A DNA stretch of 64,000 bases from the human T2T-CHM13v2.0 reference genome, Homo sapiens: the NCBI RefSeq assembly GCF_009914755.1, contig NC_060947.1, one strand, 5' to 3'. Below are positions 12,620 to 29,428 of this stretch, one piece after another; the stretch's first letter is position 1, and every line of letters begins with the position of its first letter. Below the pieces are notes generated by a model. It searched no databases. It had not been told where the DNA came from and saw only the letters and a list, made by a program, of their open reading frames with translations. The position numbers and the translations under genes were made by a program.

Positions 12620-12800
12620 TATTTTTTACTTTTATTTTTATTTTTGTTTTTTAGAGATAGGGTCACACTCTGTTGCCCAGGCTGAAGTACAGTGGTGTAA
12701 TCACAGTTCACTGAAGCTTCAAACTCCTGGGTTCCAGCAATCCTACTACCTAGGCCTCCCAAAGTACTGAGACTACAGTTATGAGCCACTGCACCCGGCC
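12620..12800 (-). mobile_element. Alu monomer (FRAM/AluJ-like)
   Basis: Single antisense monomer ending gagccactgcacccggcc with a T-rich tail. Confidence 0.75.
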
Positions 12801-12857
12801 TGGAGAATTTCTTGACAGTGAAGTTGTTAAACAATGAATTGAGAGAATCTTGTTGAG

Positions 12858-13058
12858 CAGGTATTGGCAAATTGCTAAATTTGAGCCGAGTCCAGCCAGG
12901 GGCCTGTTTCTGAAAGGTCTATAAGTGAAAACTGATTTTTACTTTTTAAAGAATTGTTTTAAAGAAGAATGTGTAATAGAGACTGCAAGTGACGCACAAA
13001 GCTTAAAATATTTACAATCTGTCCTTTTACAGAAAAAAAAAAAGCTTGTTAACCCCTG
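12858..13058. mobile_element. MER58 (hAT-Charlie MITE)
   Basis: caggtattggcaaa...cacaaagcttaaaatatttacaatctgtccttttacagaaaa...aacccctg. Confidence 0.7.
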
Positions 13059-13689
13059 TCCTAGAAGAACTGGCTCATCCTACACCCTTGGGGCCTCAGT
13101 TTCCCTAATTAAAATTTGAGTATGAGGGAGACTGAAAGTCAGCTTAGAGAGGTGGGAGAAAGACAGGCATTTGCTGAAGAATAAATTACTATTTGGTCAA
13201 CCTTGAGGCCATGTTGTGGAGATCCAGGCTAGCTTGGGGACGGGGTAGAGGAGGCTGGGGCTGGAAGTTGAGAGGAAGCACCATGGTAAAGGGAGAAAAG
13301 AGAAAGCAGCAGGAAGAGATGGGAAGAGCAATTTATAACAGCCCCATTCCACAGGCCAAGTCTCAAGGAGGACAGGCAGGAGGAAAAGAAACAAAAATAA
13401 GTCAGACAAGTGGCTTGCATAGCCCAGGGTATTGCTCTTAGAAGTGAGACTGAGAGGAAACAGATGTTTCAGTCTAGAGAAAAGGCACAGAAAACCAGCC
13501 ATTCATTTGTAGAGAAGTTAACTAGCTGGACTGTGGTCAGGAAAACAAAGAGGGATTTAGCCTCTGTCTCTGGGGGGTTGGGGTGGGATGCTGAGCAGGT
13601 ATTTCAGGGTCAGCCCTGCTCTAAAAATACTGCTTAGAAAGAGCTGGGTGACTGGGAAGGCTTGTCAATGGCAGCCTCAGAAGCAATCT

Positions 13690-13910
13690 ATTCCTCAGCT
13701 CCCTTCTAGGTTTGGATTCTCTCTTTAACATTCCCAGCAAGAAATCTTCCAGTTTCTACTCCCTGGCACTGAGGATCTCACTCATTCTCGAAGCAGCCCT
13801 CTATCGCCAAGGCTCTAGGCTAAAATTTTTGTTTTGTTTGTAACTTGACATCTGTCTTCCATAATTTCTGTCCTCTGGTCCTGATACAGTTCTTTGGAAT
13901 AGCACAAAGT
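13690..13910 (-). mobile_element. L3/CR1 fragment
   Basis: gaggatctcactcattctcgaagcagccct...ttctgtcctctggtcctga resembles antisense L3. Confidence 0.45.
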
Positions 13911-14762
13911 TGGTCAACTCTTTTGTTTATAGTAGGAGAAATGGGTGAGATGTATTAGAAAAAGAGCACTAGATTTGGGATCAAAATCTCTTGTTGGAAA
14001 TGCTAGCTCTAGGGTAATATCCAATCCTGTTGAACTTCATTTACCTTATCTGAAAAATGCTCAAAATGATACCTTCCCTAAGCACCTCCAAGCTTCATTT
14101 GTGTGGATCAAGTAACAATAATAATAAAAACACATAATGCTCTTCAAAGAACAATTAGCAAACTTGCCAGAAGTTCACAGTTGTGGGCATTTTGACCCTT
14201 GCTATTCTGAGCACGTGGAAAAAGCACAGGCTTTGGAGACTGTCAGGCTAAAGCTCTTTTCCCAGGACTGGCTTCATTCTGTTTATCACAGGTAACTGCT
14301 CCCCTTCTGCCCTGACAGGGGGCTGAGGTGACCTCTGGGAGTTGGAGGCACAGAGCTCACAGAGTTAGGGAGAGAGGGAGAAAATGGAACAAATTTTGCA
14401 GAAAACCAAGGGCAAAAAGGATTTAAGGGTCCTCTAGTAAACCCCACCACATAAGTATCACTACTGTAGTATCCTACACTTGTTCTGCTTTATTTCTTTT
14501 ACAAACAAGGAACTCCTGTCTCTTAGGGCTTCCTTTTCTTGTCACTGCTAATCCTTTCACGAGTTCCTTATTCTGTTGAATCATCACTGACCTCCCTATA
14601 ACTTTGTAACCCTGGATCTGTTCTTGCAGAAAATTGAACAGATTTGATTCACATTTGTGCAGGACTCTGTACAAAGGAAAATAAGCACACAGCCCCATTC
14701 CTGAAAAAGTGCATTACATGCTGTGGCACTAAGAGAAGAACATGATACAAAGATTGTAATAT

Positions 14763-15283
<521 letters not shown>

Positions 15284-16309
15284 TGAGAAGTCTCCTAACC
15301 AACAGTGCATGCTCACACATATCTCAGCCAAAGGGGAAAGCCTGGTCTAGTCTTGCTGCTCCTACAATTGCTGCCACAGACATTTATTTGCTCAGTGTGG
15401 CAGCATGCTTCTTGGCCTAGGCAGGAATTCATGTGTCAGTCAAGAAGTTGGCAGTGTGTGAGATCTGGTACATGAGCCTATTATCAGTGTCCTATAGAGC
15501 AGTTTCAGTTGCCATATCTCCCGTTGCCACAGCCTAGCAGTTAGCAAAGGTTTATCTTTGTGAGAAGTGGAAGGTGGCAGCACAGCCTCACCTCTCTCCA
15601 CTCTGCCCCCAGCCAATCATGCTTGAGAGAATTTCCTTCCCCCAACGGAATGAAAACTCTGCTTCTTCTCAGCTCCTCGTCATTGGTTCATAGAAACAAA
15701 CTCCCCTGTATGTAAGTATCACAAGAAATGGAAGCAGACTCTTCTCCTGTTCATTTTGAAAGGCTATCAGTCCCACATGTACCTGAAGTGACTTTTCCTG
15801 ACCCTATTGAGCAGGGTGTTGAAGTCTGAGGGTGCTTAACAGATTCCCAGCCATTATTATTTTGACTTTCACAGAGATCCTCTGATGTCCATATTATTTT
15901 CCATCATTTTAACGGATGACAAAACTGAGGCCTAGAGTAATTAAATAATGTATCATGGCTTACCTGGACAGGGAGTGAGCTGCTTGTTCTGAAGGCATGC
16001 AAACAGAATCTGACTATCCTTGTAAGGCAGGCAGTAGGGAGTTTATGTATCAGATCGCAAGAGAGAAATGTTGGACCAGATGACCTCCACTTCAACCTAC
16101 TATTGTACAGTTTTGGGTAGTAGAGCAGGGTATTAAACTGAGATCTTCAGCCTCATCATTCTAGGTTATTTGCATTACACCACCACATATGAGGTCCTTC
16201 AGAGCAGGTACTACATCTTATACATCATTTTTATGTTCTGTATCCAGCATGGCACAGAGTCAACATTGGTGACTTAATTGTTGATTTAACTGCTTATTGG
16301 TTTAAAGGC

Positions 16310-16535
16310 AATAATAATCACTCATAGAATGGTCACTGTATTACAGGCACTGTTTTCATCTATAAACTTACTTAATACTGACAACAAGTCTACAAGGTAT
16401 GTACTATTATCTGCATTTTAAAGATGTGGAAACTGAGGCTCAGAGAACTAAATGAACACAGCTGGTAAGTTTTTGAGAAAGGATTCAAACCCAAGCAGTC
16501 TAGCTTCAGTCCTGCTCTTAACCATTCCATTACAC
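16310..16535 (-). mobile_element. MIR
   Basis: cattttaaagatgtggaaactgaggctcagaga...ggattcaaacccaagcagtctagcttcag. Confidence 0.8.
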
Positions 16536-17189
16536 TGCCTCTCAGTATGTAATGAATGCATGAATGCATATTCTCCATTATCACAGTTCACTGACTCACC
16601 AAGAAACACTACTTTCAAGCACATATGGGAGACCTGATGGGAGAAATCAGTACAGAACCCACTTGGCTAACACTAGAATGTGAACTAAACTGGGCAGGTA
16701 GGGCCCTGAGGCTACTGGAGCTCTCATCTGTCTATCTTTTTTCTCTTTCTTCCCTGCTCAGGTATTCCAGCTGGGGCCCTCTCCTCCTATTGTTCATGCT
16801 TACCAGCTACAAAGCCTGGCCCCATCCCAGTCTGTATTTCCTCTGCTCCCTGGCCAAATTCCCAGCTGGAGGAAAACAGTTCACTACTCCCTGGCTCACA
16901 TCCTCCAAGCCAGCAGGAGCACTTCCCTGCTAAAGGCATGAGTAGCGAAAAACCGAGGCTTGTGGATGTGCTCAGCCCAGAAGTAACCACAAGCCCTAGC
17001 CCAAAGCCAATGGAGGAAGAAGATACCACTCCACCTGTCTCACCCTCCAGAGAGGAAGCAGAGGCAAATAGCCTCTTCTTGCTGTGACAATCATGATTTG
17101 CAAACTTTTCCCTACTTAAGCAACAAAACTTCTGTCCATGGTGTGATGTGGATAAAAGTCAAGGACACCAGAAGTAGTGGAATGATTAT

Positions 17190-17420
17190 CATAATAACAA
17201 CTACTGCATTTATTCAGCCCTTACTCTGGCACAAACTGTGCTGAGTACTGGCAACCACTGTCTCACTCCATATTCCCAACAATCCTGTGAGGCAAGTGCT
17301 ATTAGGTGCTCCTTGTATAAATGGAAACAATGAGAACTTAAGTGACTTTCCCAAAGCCACATAACTCCTAGGTAAAAGACTCAATATTGATACTGAGGAC
17401 TAGCTGTGCTCTTAAACATC
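17190..17420 (-). mobile_element. MIR
   Basis: caacaatcctgtgaggcaagtgctatt...ttaagtgactttcccaaagccacata. Confidence 0.65.
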
Positions 17421-19052
17421 ACCCTCTACTGCCTTTCCAATGGCCTCTCAGGGCCCTTCAAGCTCTGCCATGTGGGCATTCAAGGATTGGAGGTAAGATT
17501 AATGAGAGTGTTACATCTTACCTGACCAATGGGGATCAGGCTCTGGCCCAACTCCTCTTCCTGTCTCATGAGCCAAGCCCTTCACCTTACAGAGAGTATC
17601 ACTAAGGACCAGAGAAAAAAATCAGTTTGCTTGAGGTCCTTGGTAACAGGGCTGCTCCCAGCCCAGTATGCTTTCCAATACTCCACAAGGCTGCCTTCTC
17701 TCACACCTCCTTCCTTCAGCTATTTACACAGAATCAAGGGGTCAGACAGTCCTCAGATGGAGGTGCTTCAGTTCTTCAGCCCCTTTGCTTAAATTTCAAG
17801 CCAGTTTTACAGCTTTAACATCTATGTTATTTTCTCGTTATTCATGTTCTTCCCCCCACCCAATAGACACAAAACAATTATGTTCTAAAATTGTGCATCC
17901 TTTTACATGACAGAAAACCTATAGCTGGGAATCCTCAGACCAGATGCTGGTAACTAACTCTTTGAAAAGTTTCAGATTTTTCTGACATCACAGGTGCTCA
18001 AAGCCTAGGGCAAGATAATACCAACAGGTGGATAAACCTACATGTTCCCAGGCTCTATACAGGGGCACTTTATGCCTAGGAACAACCTTATATGTAGAAA
18101 TAATGTGAACGACAGCCTCTGCATTGAGGGTTCAGGACATCTGCAAATGTCTGATACCCAAAATGCTACCATTAGGTTCTGCATTACTTCTTATGCAGCT
18201 CTGCTTTTAAAATGCCAATGTCTCTGGGGAGTGAAAGGGTTGCTCAGGTCCCAGAAGCCTCAGTCTATCTTTTGACAGGCTAGGCAGGCATCATAAGGAG
18301 TCTGTGGTTCAGAGGTCACAGAATAGGGAAGCAGGCGTGCCAAAGACTAACTTTATTTACTCTTAGTGTTTTGCCAAAGGGCCTTAAAAACCATCTGGTC
18401 CAGCCCTCTCCTTCCCTCACTCCTCAAGCACCATTGCTAGCATCACTACTTAATGATTAATTCTTCCCTGTGGCATCCACATATAGAAAAGATATAATTG
18501 GTTTGCACAATTCCAGTGATGTGTGTCTCGTTACCCTTGTGGCAGCCCATCCATCATTAGAAATGTCTTTTTGTGGGGCTTAAACCTGCCATCCTGTAGC
18601 TTTCAGATTAGTATATATTCAATAAATACTAGTTTCCTCTCACTTTCCCTTTAACACATTGGAGGTACACAGACCCAACAGGGTTTTCCTTCTTCCCCGT
18701 ATCAGCTTTCCTTAAGCCAAAAGCCACATCTCTCTGAGTTTTCACTCTTGAGGCTATACAATCTCAGTTCCTTCAATCCCTCTCCAGCCTACTTATCTGA
18801 CCATACTCCTGGTTTGTTTAGGGCCCCTTTCACATGTGGGGCCCAGACATTTTTCTTAGCTTTCATGCTCCTACCTTCTCCTTCATAGGATACTCACCGA
18901 CTAATTTGCACATACACATCTAAAGACCATGGGAAACATCTGGTGTGGCCAATCTAAAATGGTAAATACTGATAGGCACACTAAGGCCTGGAGAGGAGAA
19001 AAATCATTGCTTATTAAAAAGTTTTCATATGGCCAGTATATTTCCTGATAAA

Positions 19053-19190
19053 CAATGTTTCTCAAAGTTTGGTCTGGACCACCTCAGTCAGAACCACAAG
19101 AAACTGAATCTCTGGGAGTTGGAACCAAGGCATCTACATATTTAACAAGCATGCTGAGTGATTCTGAGGCACACTGGAGTTTTAGAAGTA
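19053..19190. mobile_element. MER5-family hAT MITE
   Basis: caatgtttctcaaagtttggtc...actgaatctctgggagt...tttaacaagc...gtgattctgaggcacactggagttttagaa. Confidence 0.7.
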
Positions 19191-20664
19191 GGGCCTAAGA
19201 ATGAGATAGCATTTCACCAACGTTGTTTTTCATTCTGTGAACATTTGTTTCTAATTAGAAACTGAGGCTCCTTCTCCAAGCCTCATTAATCAACACCTTG
19301 GACAGCCTGACATTCCTCCCTGGCCTAAGCCCAGACAGCCCCAATAACCCTGCAGCAGTTTAAGATTTTTTACTTAGAGAGAAAAATTTCTAGGGAACAT
19401 TATCCAAATATCCAGACCTAGGTATAGCCACTATTTCAAACATATAAACAGACCTGGGAGCTGCTATTACTTCTCTGCATTATCAATCAGAATGCGTTCC
19501 TACTTCAATCAGAGATCTTCCTTTCTCAAAATGAAATTTCAAAACCACAGCACAAAAGCATAAGTGTCAACCTAAATGTTCCTGTCTTGCCTCTTCAGAT
19601 TATCTGGATTGTTTTTCTGCGCACTTCTCCATCTTCTTCCTTTCCTTCATAGGCTTAATTCCACACTTCAACTCTTCTTACAATTATTTTCTGCTGTCAC
19701 TCTCCTGAGTAAAGCATTCAGTGCAGCAGCTGCCTCACAATGTTTTAACACACAAAACAAACACAGACAATGGCTCCCCTTGGTGTGCAAGCAAGTTAGA
19801 TACAGGTGTACCTATCATTCTTTGAGTTATGTGACTTGTATGTTTTAGATATTGTTATCTTGTCAATCTACAAGGCAGGCACCATCAGACCACATCACCA
19901 TAGAGGGATTGGGAGGAAGAAAGGGGGGGACTTTCTCCGCTATGAATCACCCCAGAAAGCATCAAAGGTGGGGGAATCCTAGGAACTTGAGCCTCTCATA
20001 GGGAGAGAAATAGGAAATCAATAGGCTGTGTGCCAAGCACTGTCCAAAGCTTCTATTCTTTAAACCTCTAAATTGTCCAGTCTTCTTGGGGTTCAACAAC
20101 TGTCCTTTTTTCCATCTGAAAGTCTAAATCTGAACTAGGATTGAGAGAAAAGGATCTTGAGTCATTTGAGAAGTTTAAAAAGTGAAGTAGAGGCCTCTGA
20201 TGTCTGCTCTTGCTCATGGCAGGACACTGCCACGGATCAAGAGATAAGATAGTACCTGCCCCATGTTGTTGGGAAGGACCTGAGAGGGAGAAAACCCAAG
20301 CAAATGACTGAAGAGCAATGCCAGTCCACCTGGAGCAAGAGAAGGGTTAGTTAGCTTGAGAGAAAGCAAATAAGACTCAGGAAAACCTTTCTTTTGCTAT
20401 GCTTACTACATTTGTATGATCAGACACCTGAAATTCGTATTCTACCAGTGGGTTATTGTGTTGGTGATCCCTCAGATGTGAAAAAAATTACTGTTGCTAT
20501 ATGAAAAAAGTATATTTTGAAAGTCTGTATTATGCATATTGCCTGCCATAGGCTTATTTACTACTCTAGAAGTTTCTAGCTTCTGGATATATAAGTTGTG
20601 GTATACTCAGACAATGGACTACTATATAACAATGGAAATAAAAGAACTGCAACTACAAATAACT

Positions 20665-20826
20665 CTAGCTTCTCACACTTGAATGTATACATGAATAATA
20701 TGTAGATCTTTCTGAAATACAGATTCTGATTCTGGTCTGGAGTGGGACCTCAGGTTCTTCATTTCCAATCAGTTACCAGATGATGCTAATGTTGCTGATC
20801 TGCGGACCAAATTTTGAGTAGCAAGA
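20665..20826. mobile_element. MER5-family hAT MITE
   Basis: cagattctgattctggtctggagtgggacc...gatgctaatgttgctgatctgcggaccaaattttgagtagcaag. Confidence 0.7.
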
Positions 20827-21499
20827 GGCTAGAACACCTCTCAGCAAAAACAGAAGTATCTCACCCCTTTCTTGCATTGACATCCTCTGTAGCCCTCCCA
20901 AGGCCCCATGTGTCTGGCATACTCTTCTCAAATTATTCCTCAGATTCTCACAAAGAGTTGCCTCAAGATTCAGAGAAATCTCTTTCATTCCACGGGGCTT
21001 ACATCCAGTCTTATCTTCTGTGAAAATCCATTGGTAACTTCCTGAAAAGAAATGAATCACTGCAAGTAGAATTTCAGGCATCTGGGAAAGAAATTTAGGG
21101 GCAGGGAACTTTCCTGGCACCTGTAAAATGACATCACAGAGACAGCCACTGACTTTCCTTCCACTACACTTGCCTACCTCTTCCTCATCTTCTGCCCACT
21201 GCCTCTTCTCCTCTCTTGGGAGAAGGAAACACCTTTCTCTGCTACACATAATCTCCAAGATATTACTTTGCCTCTTCTCTACTGGGCCCTGCTCCCTGAT
21301 CTCCCCTCCCAAAGCCAAATCTCTTCCAAGTCTAGTTTGAAATCAGCTCGACTCATTGAAGAAATGAGCAGGTATTTGGAGGAGCAGGAGAAAGAATGCC
21401 AGTTTGAGCTCCACAGACAGGTTAGAAAGCTGACTTTCCTAGTCGCTAGCTGTGTCACCTTAGGCTAGTGACTGACTGGGTACAAGGCCTCTTCGGGAA

Positions 21500-21880
21500 C
21501 TAAGGTACAAGGGAAAACAAGTCAGACAAGGACCCTTTCTTCATGAATCCCTCAAAGAGTTCACACTCTAGTGAAAAAAGACAGACAAAAACAAATATGC
21601 AGCATGCTGGGTGCTGGCAAGTACTCTAAAAATGAAGTGGAGTAAGAGGCCAGAATGATGGGGGTTGTTATTTGAGATATCAGGGAAAACACCTCTGCCA
21701 TGTGTTACTGGAGCAGAGAAGTGAGTGAAATGAGACTGAGCCATCAGGCTAAGGGCAAGAGTGTTTTAGGCTGAAGAAATCACCAGGGCAAAGGCCTTCA
21801 GGTAGAAGTAAGCTTAGTATATTTGAGAGATGGCAGGAGTTTGTAATAAACAGATTGGTGACCGAAGTGGTAAGAAGTGG
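21500..21880 (-). mobile_element. L2 fragment
   Basis: gagttcacactctagtgaaaaaagacagaca...aagagtgttttaggctgaagaaatcaccagggcaaaggccttcagg. Confidence 0.6.
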
Positions 21881-22630
21881 GCACATTATGGTAATACTTT
21901 TACTTCTCTATGCCTCATCCACAGAAAAATGAGAATAATATCTATTTCTCAGGGTGACACACTCATGCCATAGAGTATTGAGCCTAGCCTCGCACACAGG
22001 GATTAAATAATGTAAGTTACCTACATCTACCCCCACTTCCCTCAATGACTCTTAATTAATCTAACAGATGACAGTTTGTTCAAAATAATAATAGCAGGTA
22101 TGTATTTAGGAATTAAAGCTTATAGATAAATAAAATGAATGACATCAATGTTATAAGGGACTGGAGGGAGGAATTGGAAATAATCTGTTATATTTTCACT
22201 ACATGGGAAGTGATACATATTACTCGAAAGAGGACTTGGACTACTTCTAAATGTATATTGCAGACTCAAAAGCAACCACTTTTAAAAAGTTTAAGAAGAA
22301 GTATAATTTGCATGCCTAAAGAGCAGACAAAATGGAATCATACAAAATGTGCAATTAAAACCAGAGTGGAAGACAATAACACAAAGAACAAGATCAATAA
22401 AGAGAAAACAGTAGTGAAAATGATAAGTATAAATCCACCTATGTTAATAATCACTTAAAATATCAATGTTCTAAATACACCAATTATAAGACAGAGACTA
22501 TCAGAGTGGATTTAAAACATAAGACTCGAATATATGCTGTCGAAGCCATGAAGAGATTAAAAGGAAAGGTACGAAGAAAGATGTACCATGCTAACACTCA
22601 TAAAAGGAAGTTGAAGTAGCTATATTAATT

Positions 22631-25566
<2,936 letters not shown>

Positions 25567-26149
25567 AGAATAAGGAGACTTCATAGTAAAGAAAATTGTC
25601 AAGGATAAGAGGAGCATTATATAATGATAAAGAGGTTAATTTTCCAAGAAGACAAACAATTATCCTTAGCAAGAGAGCATCAAAATATATAAGGCAAATA
25701 CTGATAGAACTGCAAGGAGAAATAGATGGATCCGATGTTATCATTGGAGATTTTGACACCCTTCTCTCAGTAATTGACAGATCCAGATCCAGTATAGAGG
25801 AAATCTGTAAGGACGCAGTTGAACTGAAGAGTATCATCAATCAACTGGATCTTAGTGACATTGATAGAGTATTCAACCAGCAACAGCAGCATACACATTC
25901 TTTTCAAACTCACAGTAAACATTCACCAAGGCAGACCACATTCTAGGATAAAATGCACATTAAAAATTAGACAGAAGCAAAAAGAATACTACTCAAGTTT
26001 GATCAATAAATTCAGTAAAGTTTCAGGGCACAAAATTAATGTACATAAATTAGTAACATTTCTATACAACAATAGTGATCTAGCTAAGAACAAAGTCAAG
26101 AAGGCAATTCCATTTATAATAGCTACAAAAGGATACAACATCTTGAAAA

Positions 26150-26275
26150 ATATATATTTATCTATTATAAATATATCAGTTTATATATTATATATAAATG
26201 TATATCAGTTTATATATTATGTATAAATGTATATCAGTTTATATATAGAATATATATCAATATATAGTATATACA
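26150..26275. repeat. AT-rich minisatellite, about 29-bp unit x3
   Basis: tataaat(gt)atatcagtttatatattat starting at 26166, 26193 and 26222. Confidence 0.85.
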
Positions 26276-27161
26276 TAAAACCAAGGAGGTGAAAAAAAAT
26301 CTCTACAAGGAAAACTACAAAACGCTGATGAAAGAAATCATCAGCTGACATAAGATGACATAAACAAATACAAAAATCCCATGCACATGCATCAGAAGAA
26401 TTAATATGATTAAAATGATTATACTGCACAAAACAATCTATGAATTAAATGTAATTCCTATCAAAATATCAATGTCATCTTTTATAGTTAGGAAAATAAT
26501 TCTAAAATTAATATGGAATCAAATAGAGCCCAAATACCCAAAGCAATCCTCAGAAAGAAAAAAAAAAAAAAGCTGAAGGCATCATATTACCTGACTTCAA
26601 ATTATACTACAAAGCTATAGTAACCAAAAAAAGGAAGACATTCATAGAATAGATGACCCAGAAATAAAGTCACTTGTTTACAGCCAAATGATCGCTGACA
26701 AAATAAAAAACATACATAGGGAAACGACACCCTTTCAGTAAATGGTTCTGGGAAATTTGAATTGCCATATGCAGAAGAATGAAACTTGACCCCTATCTCC
26801 CACCATATACAAAAATCAACTCAAGATGGATCAAAGACTTAAATGTAAAACCTAGAGAAAATTCTTCTGGACATTGGTCTAGGCAAAGAGTCCATGACTA
26901 AGATTTCAAAAGCAGAGGGAACAAAACAAAAATTGACAAATACGACTTAAGCTAAAAACCTCCTGCACATCAAAAGAAATAACACAGTGAAGAAACAACA
27001 TTTTAAATGGGAGAAAATATTGGCAAGCTATGCATCTGACAGAGAACTAATATACAAAATTTACAAGGAACTTAAAAAGCTCAATGAAAAATAAACAAAT
27101 AATCCCATTAAAAAGTGGGTAAAAGACATGAATAAACATTTCTCAAAAGAAGACATGCAAA

Positions 27162-27735
27162 CTACCTAGGTGTCCATCAACAGATGAATGGATAAATAAA
27201 ACTTGGTGCGATATACCCAATGGATTATTATTCAGTCATAAAAAAGAATGAGATCCTGTCATTTGTAACGACATGGATAGAATTGGAGATCATTATGTTA
27301 AGTGAAATAAGCCAGGCATAGAAAGAAAAAATTTGGATGTTCTCATTCATTTGTGGGAGCTAAAAGTTAAAACAACTGAACTCATGGAGTTAGAGATTAC
27401 AATGGTGATTATCAGAATCTGGGAAGGATAGCAGATGGTGGGGGTTGCAGAATGAGGATGGTTAATGGGCACAAAAAAATTCATTAGAAAGAATAAATAA
27501 AATCTAGTATTTGATAGTATAACAGAGTGACCATAGTTAATAATTTAATTGTACAGTTTAAGATAACTAAAAGTATAATTGGATGGTTTGTCACACAAAG
27601 GATGAATGCATGATGTGATGGATACCCCACTTATCCTGATGTGATTATTACACATTGTATGCCTTCATCAAAGTATCTCATATACCCCATAAGTATATAA
27701 ACTTACTAAGTACTCACAGAAAATAAAATTATTTT
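27162..27735 (+). mobile_element. L1MA3-like 3' end inserted into the L1PB4
   Basis: 16-bp TSD aaagaagacatgcaaa (27146-27161) / aaagaatacaggcaaa (27736-27751); L1MA-type 3'UTR. Confidence 0.8.
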
Positions 27736-29308
27736 AAAGAATACAGGCAAATAGCCAACAGGCATACATAAAAAAAAGCTCAACGTCACTAATCATCAGA
27801 TAAATGCAAATTAAAACCACAAGGAGATACAATGTTATACCAGTTAGAATGGCTATTAATAAAAAGACAAAAAAAATCAGATGTTGGTGAGGATGCAGAG
27901 AAAAGGGAAGGCTTATACATTGTTCTTAGGAATGTAAATTAGTACAACCTCTATCGAAAACAGTATGGAAATGTTGCAAAGAAAAAGAACTACCAGGATC
28001 CAGTAATCTCATTACTGGGTAACAACCAAAAGGAAATATATGTATATAAAATATCTTCCTCCATATGTTTATCACAGCACTATTCACAGCAGCAAAAATA
28101 TGGAATCAACCTAAGTGTCCATCAAAAGATGACTGGTTAAAAAAATTGTGACATATATACAAAATGGAATAATATTCAGCCACAAAAAAGAATGAAATCA
28201 TGTCTTTTGCAGAAACATGAAGCTGGAGGCCATTATCTTCAGCGAAACAAGTCAGATGCAGAAAAACAAACACCACATGTTCTCACTTATAAATGGGAGC
28301 CAAATAATGTATGCATATTAACTTATGTGGGATGATTGACAATGAAGATGCAAAAGGGTGAAGGAGTGGGAGGGGTGGATGATGAAAAATTATTTAATGG
28401 GTACAATGTACATTATTCAGATGATGTTTACTCTAAAAGCCCTGACTCCATAAATGTGCAATCTGTGCATGTAACAAAATTACACTAGTACCCCATAAAT
28501 TTATACAAATGAAAATAGTTGAAACAGAAATCATACAAAGTATGCTCTTAGACCATAACTGAATTAAACTAGAAATTAACAACAGAAACATAGCTAGGAA
28601 AATCTCAAAATACAAGGATATTAAACAACAAACTTCTAAATAATACATGGACATGGGCTGAAGAAGTCTGAGAAAAATTAAAAATAATTCAACCTAAATG
28701 AAAATGAACATACAACAAGTCAACATTTGCAAGGTGAAGTTAAAGCAATGTTTAGAAGGAAATTTACAGCAATGAATGTATATACTAGAAAAGAAGAAAG
28801 ATGCAAAATCAATTATCTATGTTTTCTGCCTTAGCAAAAAGAAGAACTTAGAGAAAGAAGAGCTAAATATGTCCAAAGTAAGTGTAAGAAAAAATAAATT
28901 AAAATTACAGATAAAAATCAGCAAAATTGCAATAGAAAATTAATAGAGAAAATAAATAAAATCCAAAGCTGTTCTTTAAAAAATATCAATAAAATTGGTA
29001 CGTCTCTAACCAGGCTAGAAAAGACACAAATTACTAATATCAGAAAATGATAGAGGAGATATAACTACAATTTCCATAGACATTAAAGGGATAGCTAAAA
29101 AAAAAAGAACAACTCTATGCCCACAAATTTGAAAACTTATATAAAATGAACCAATTCCTTGCAATGCACCATTCATCAAAACTCATACAGGAGAAAGAGA
29201 TATTTTCAGTAAGACTGTATCTGTATCTACTAACAAATTAAATCAATAATTAATTACTTTCAGAAACAAAAAGAAAACACCAGGTCCAGATGGGTTCACT
29301 GGTAATTT

Positions 29309-29428
29309 TGGGGGGAAGTGTTGGGACAGGGTCTTATTATGTTGCCCAGTTTGGCATTGAATTCCTGGGCTCCTGCCTCAGCCTCCCGAGTATGTAAAAC
29401 TACAGGCATGTGTTGCCTCGCCCATCAA
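29309..29428 (-). mobile_element. FLAM (Alu left monomer)
   Basis: gacagggtcttattatgttgcccag...cctcagcctcccgag; flanking repeat ttcactggtaa at 29295 and 29429. Confidence 0.75.

Larger units (their letters stand above)
25985..28515 (+). mobile_element. L1PB4-like 5'-truncated element
   Basis: ORF2 3' half; 3' end gggtacaatgtacattattcagatgatg...gtaacaaaattacactagtaccccataaatttatacaaat. Confidence 0.75.

Noticed and set aside
19576-19848. 90-aa Leu/Phe-rich ORF following a good acceptor at 19598
   Set aside because: Composition reflects a pyrimidine-rich strand; no convincing donor and it lies beyond the relic's stop codon
20773-21318. 181-aa minus-strand ORF
   Set aside because: Starts at TTG, ends in a MER5 element, and shows no recognisable domain or splice structure
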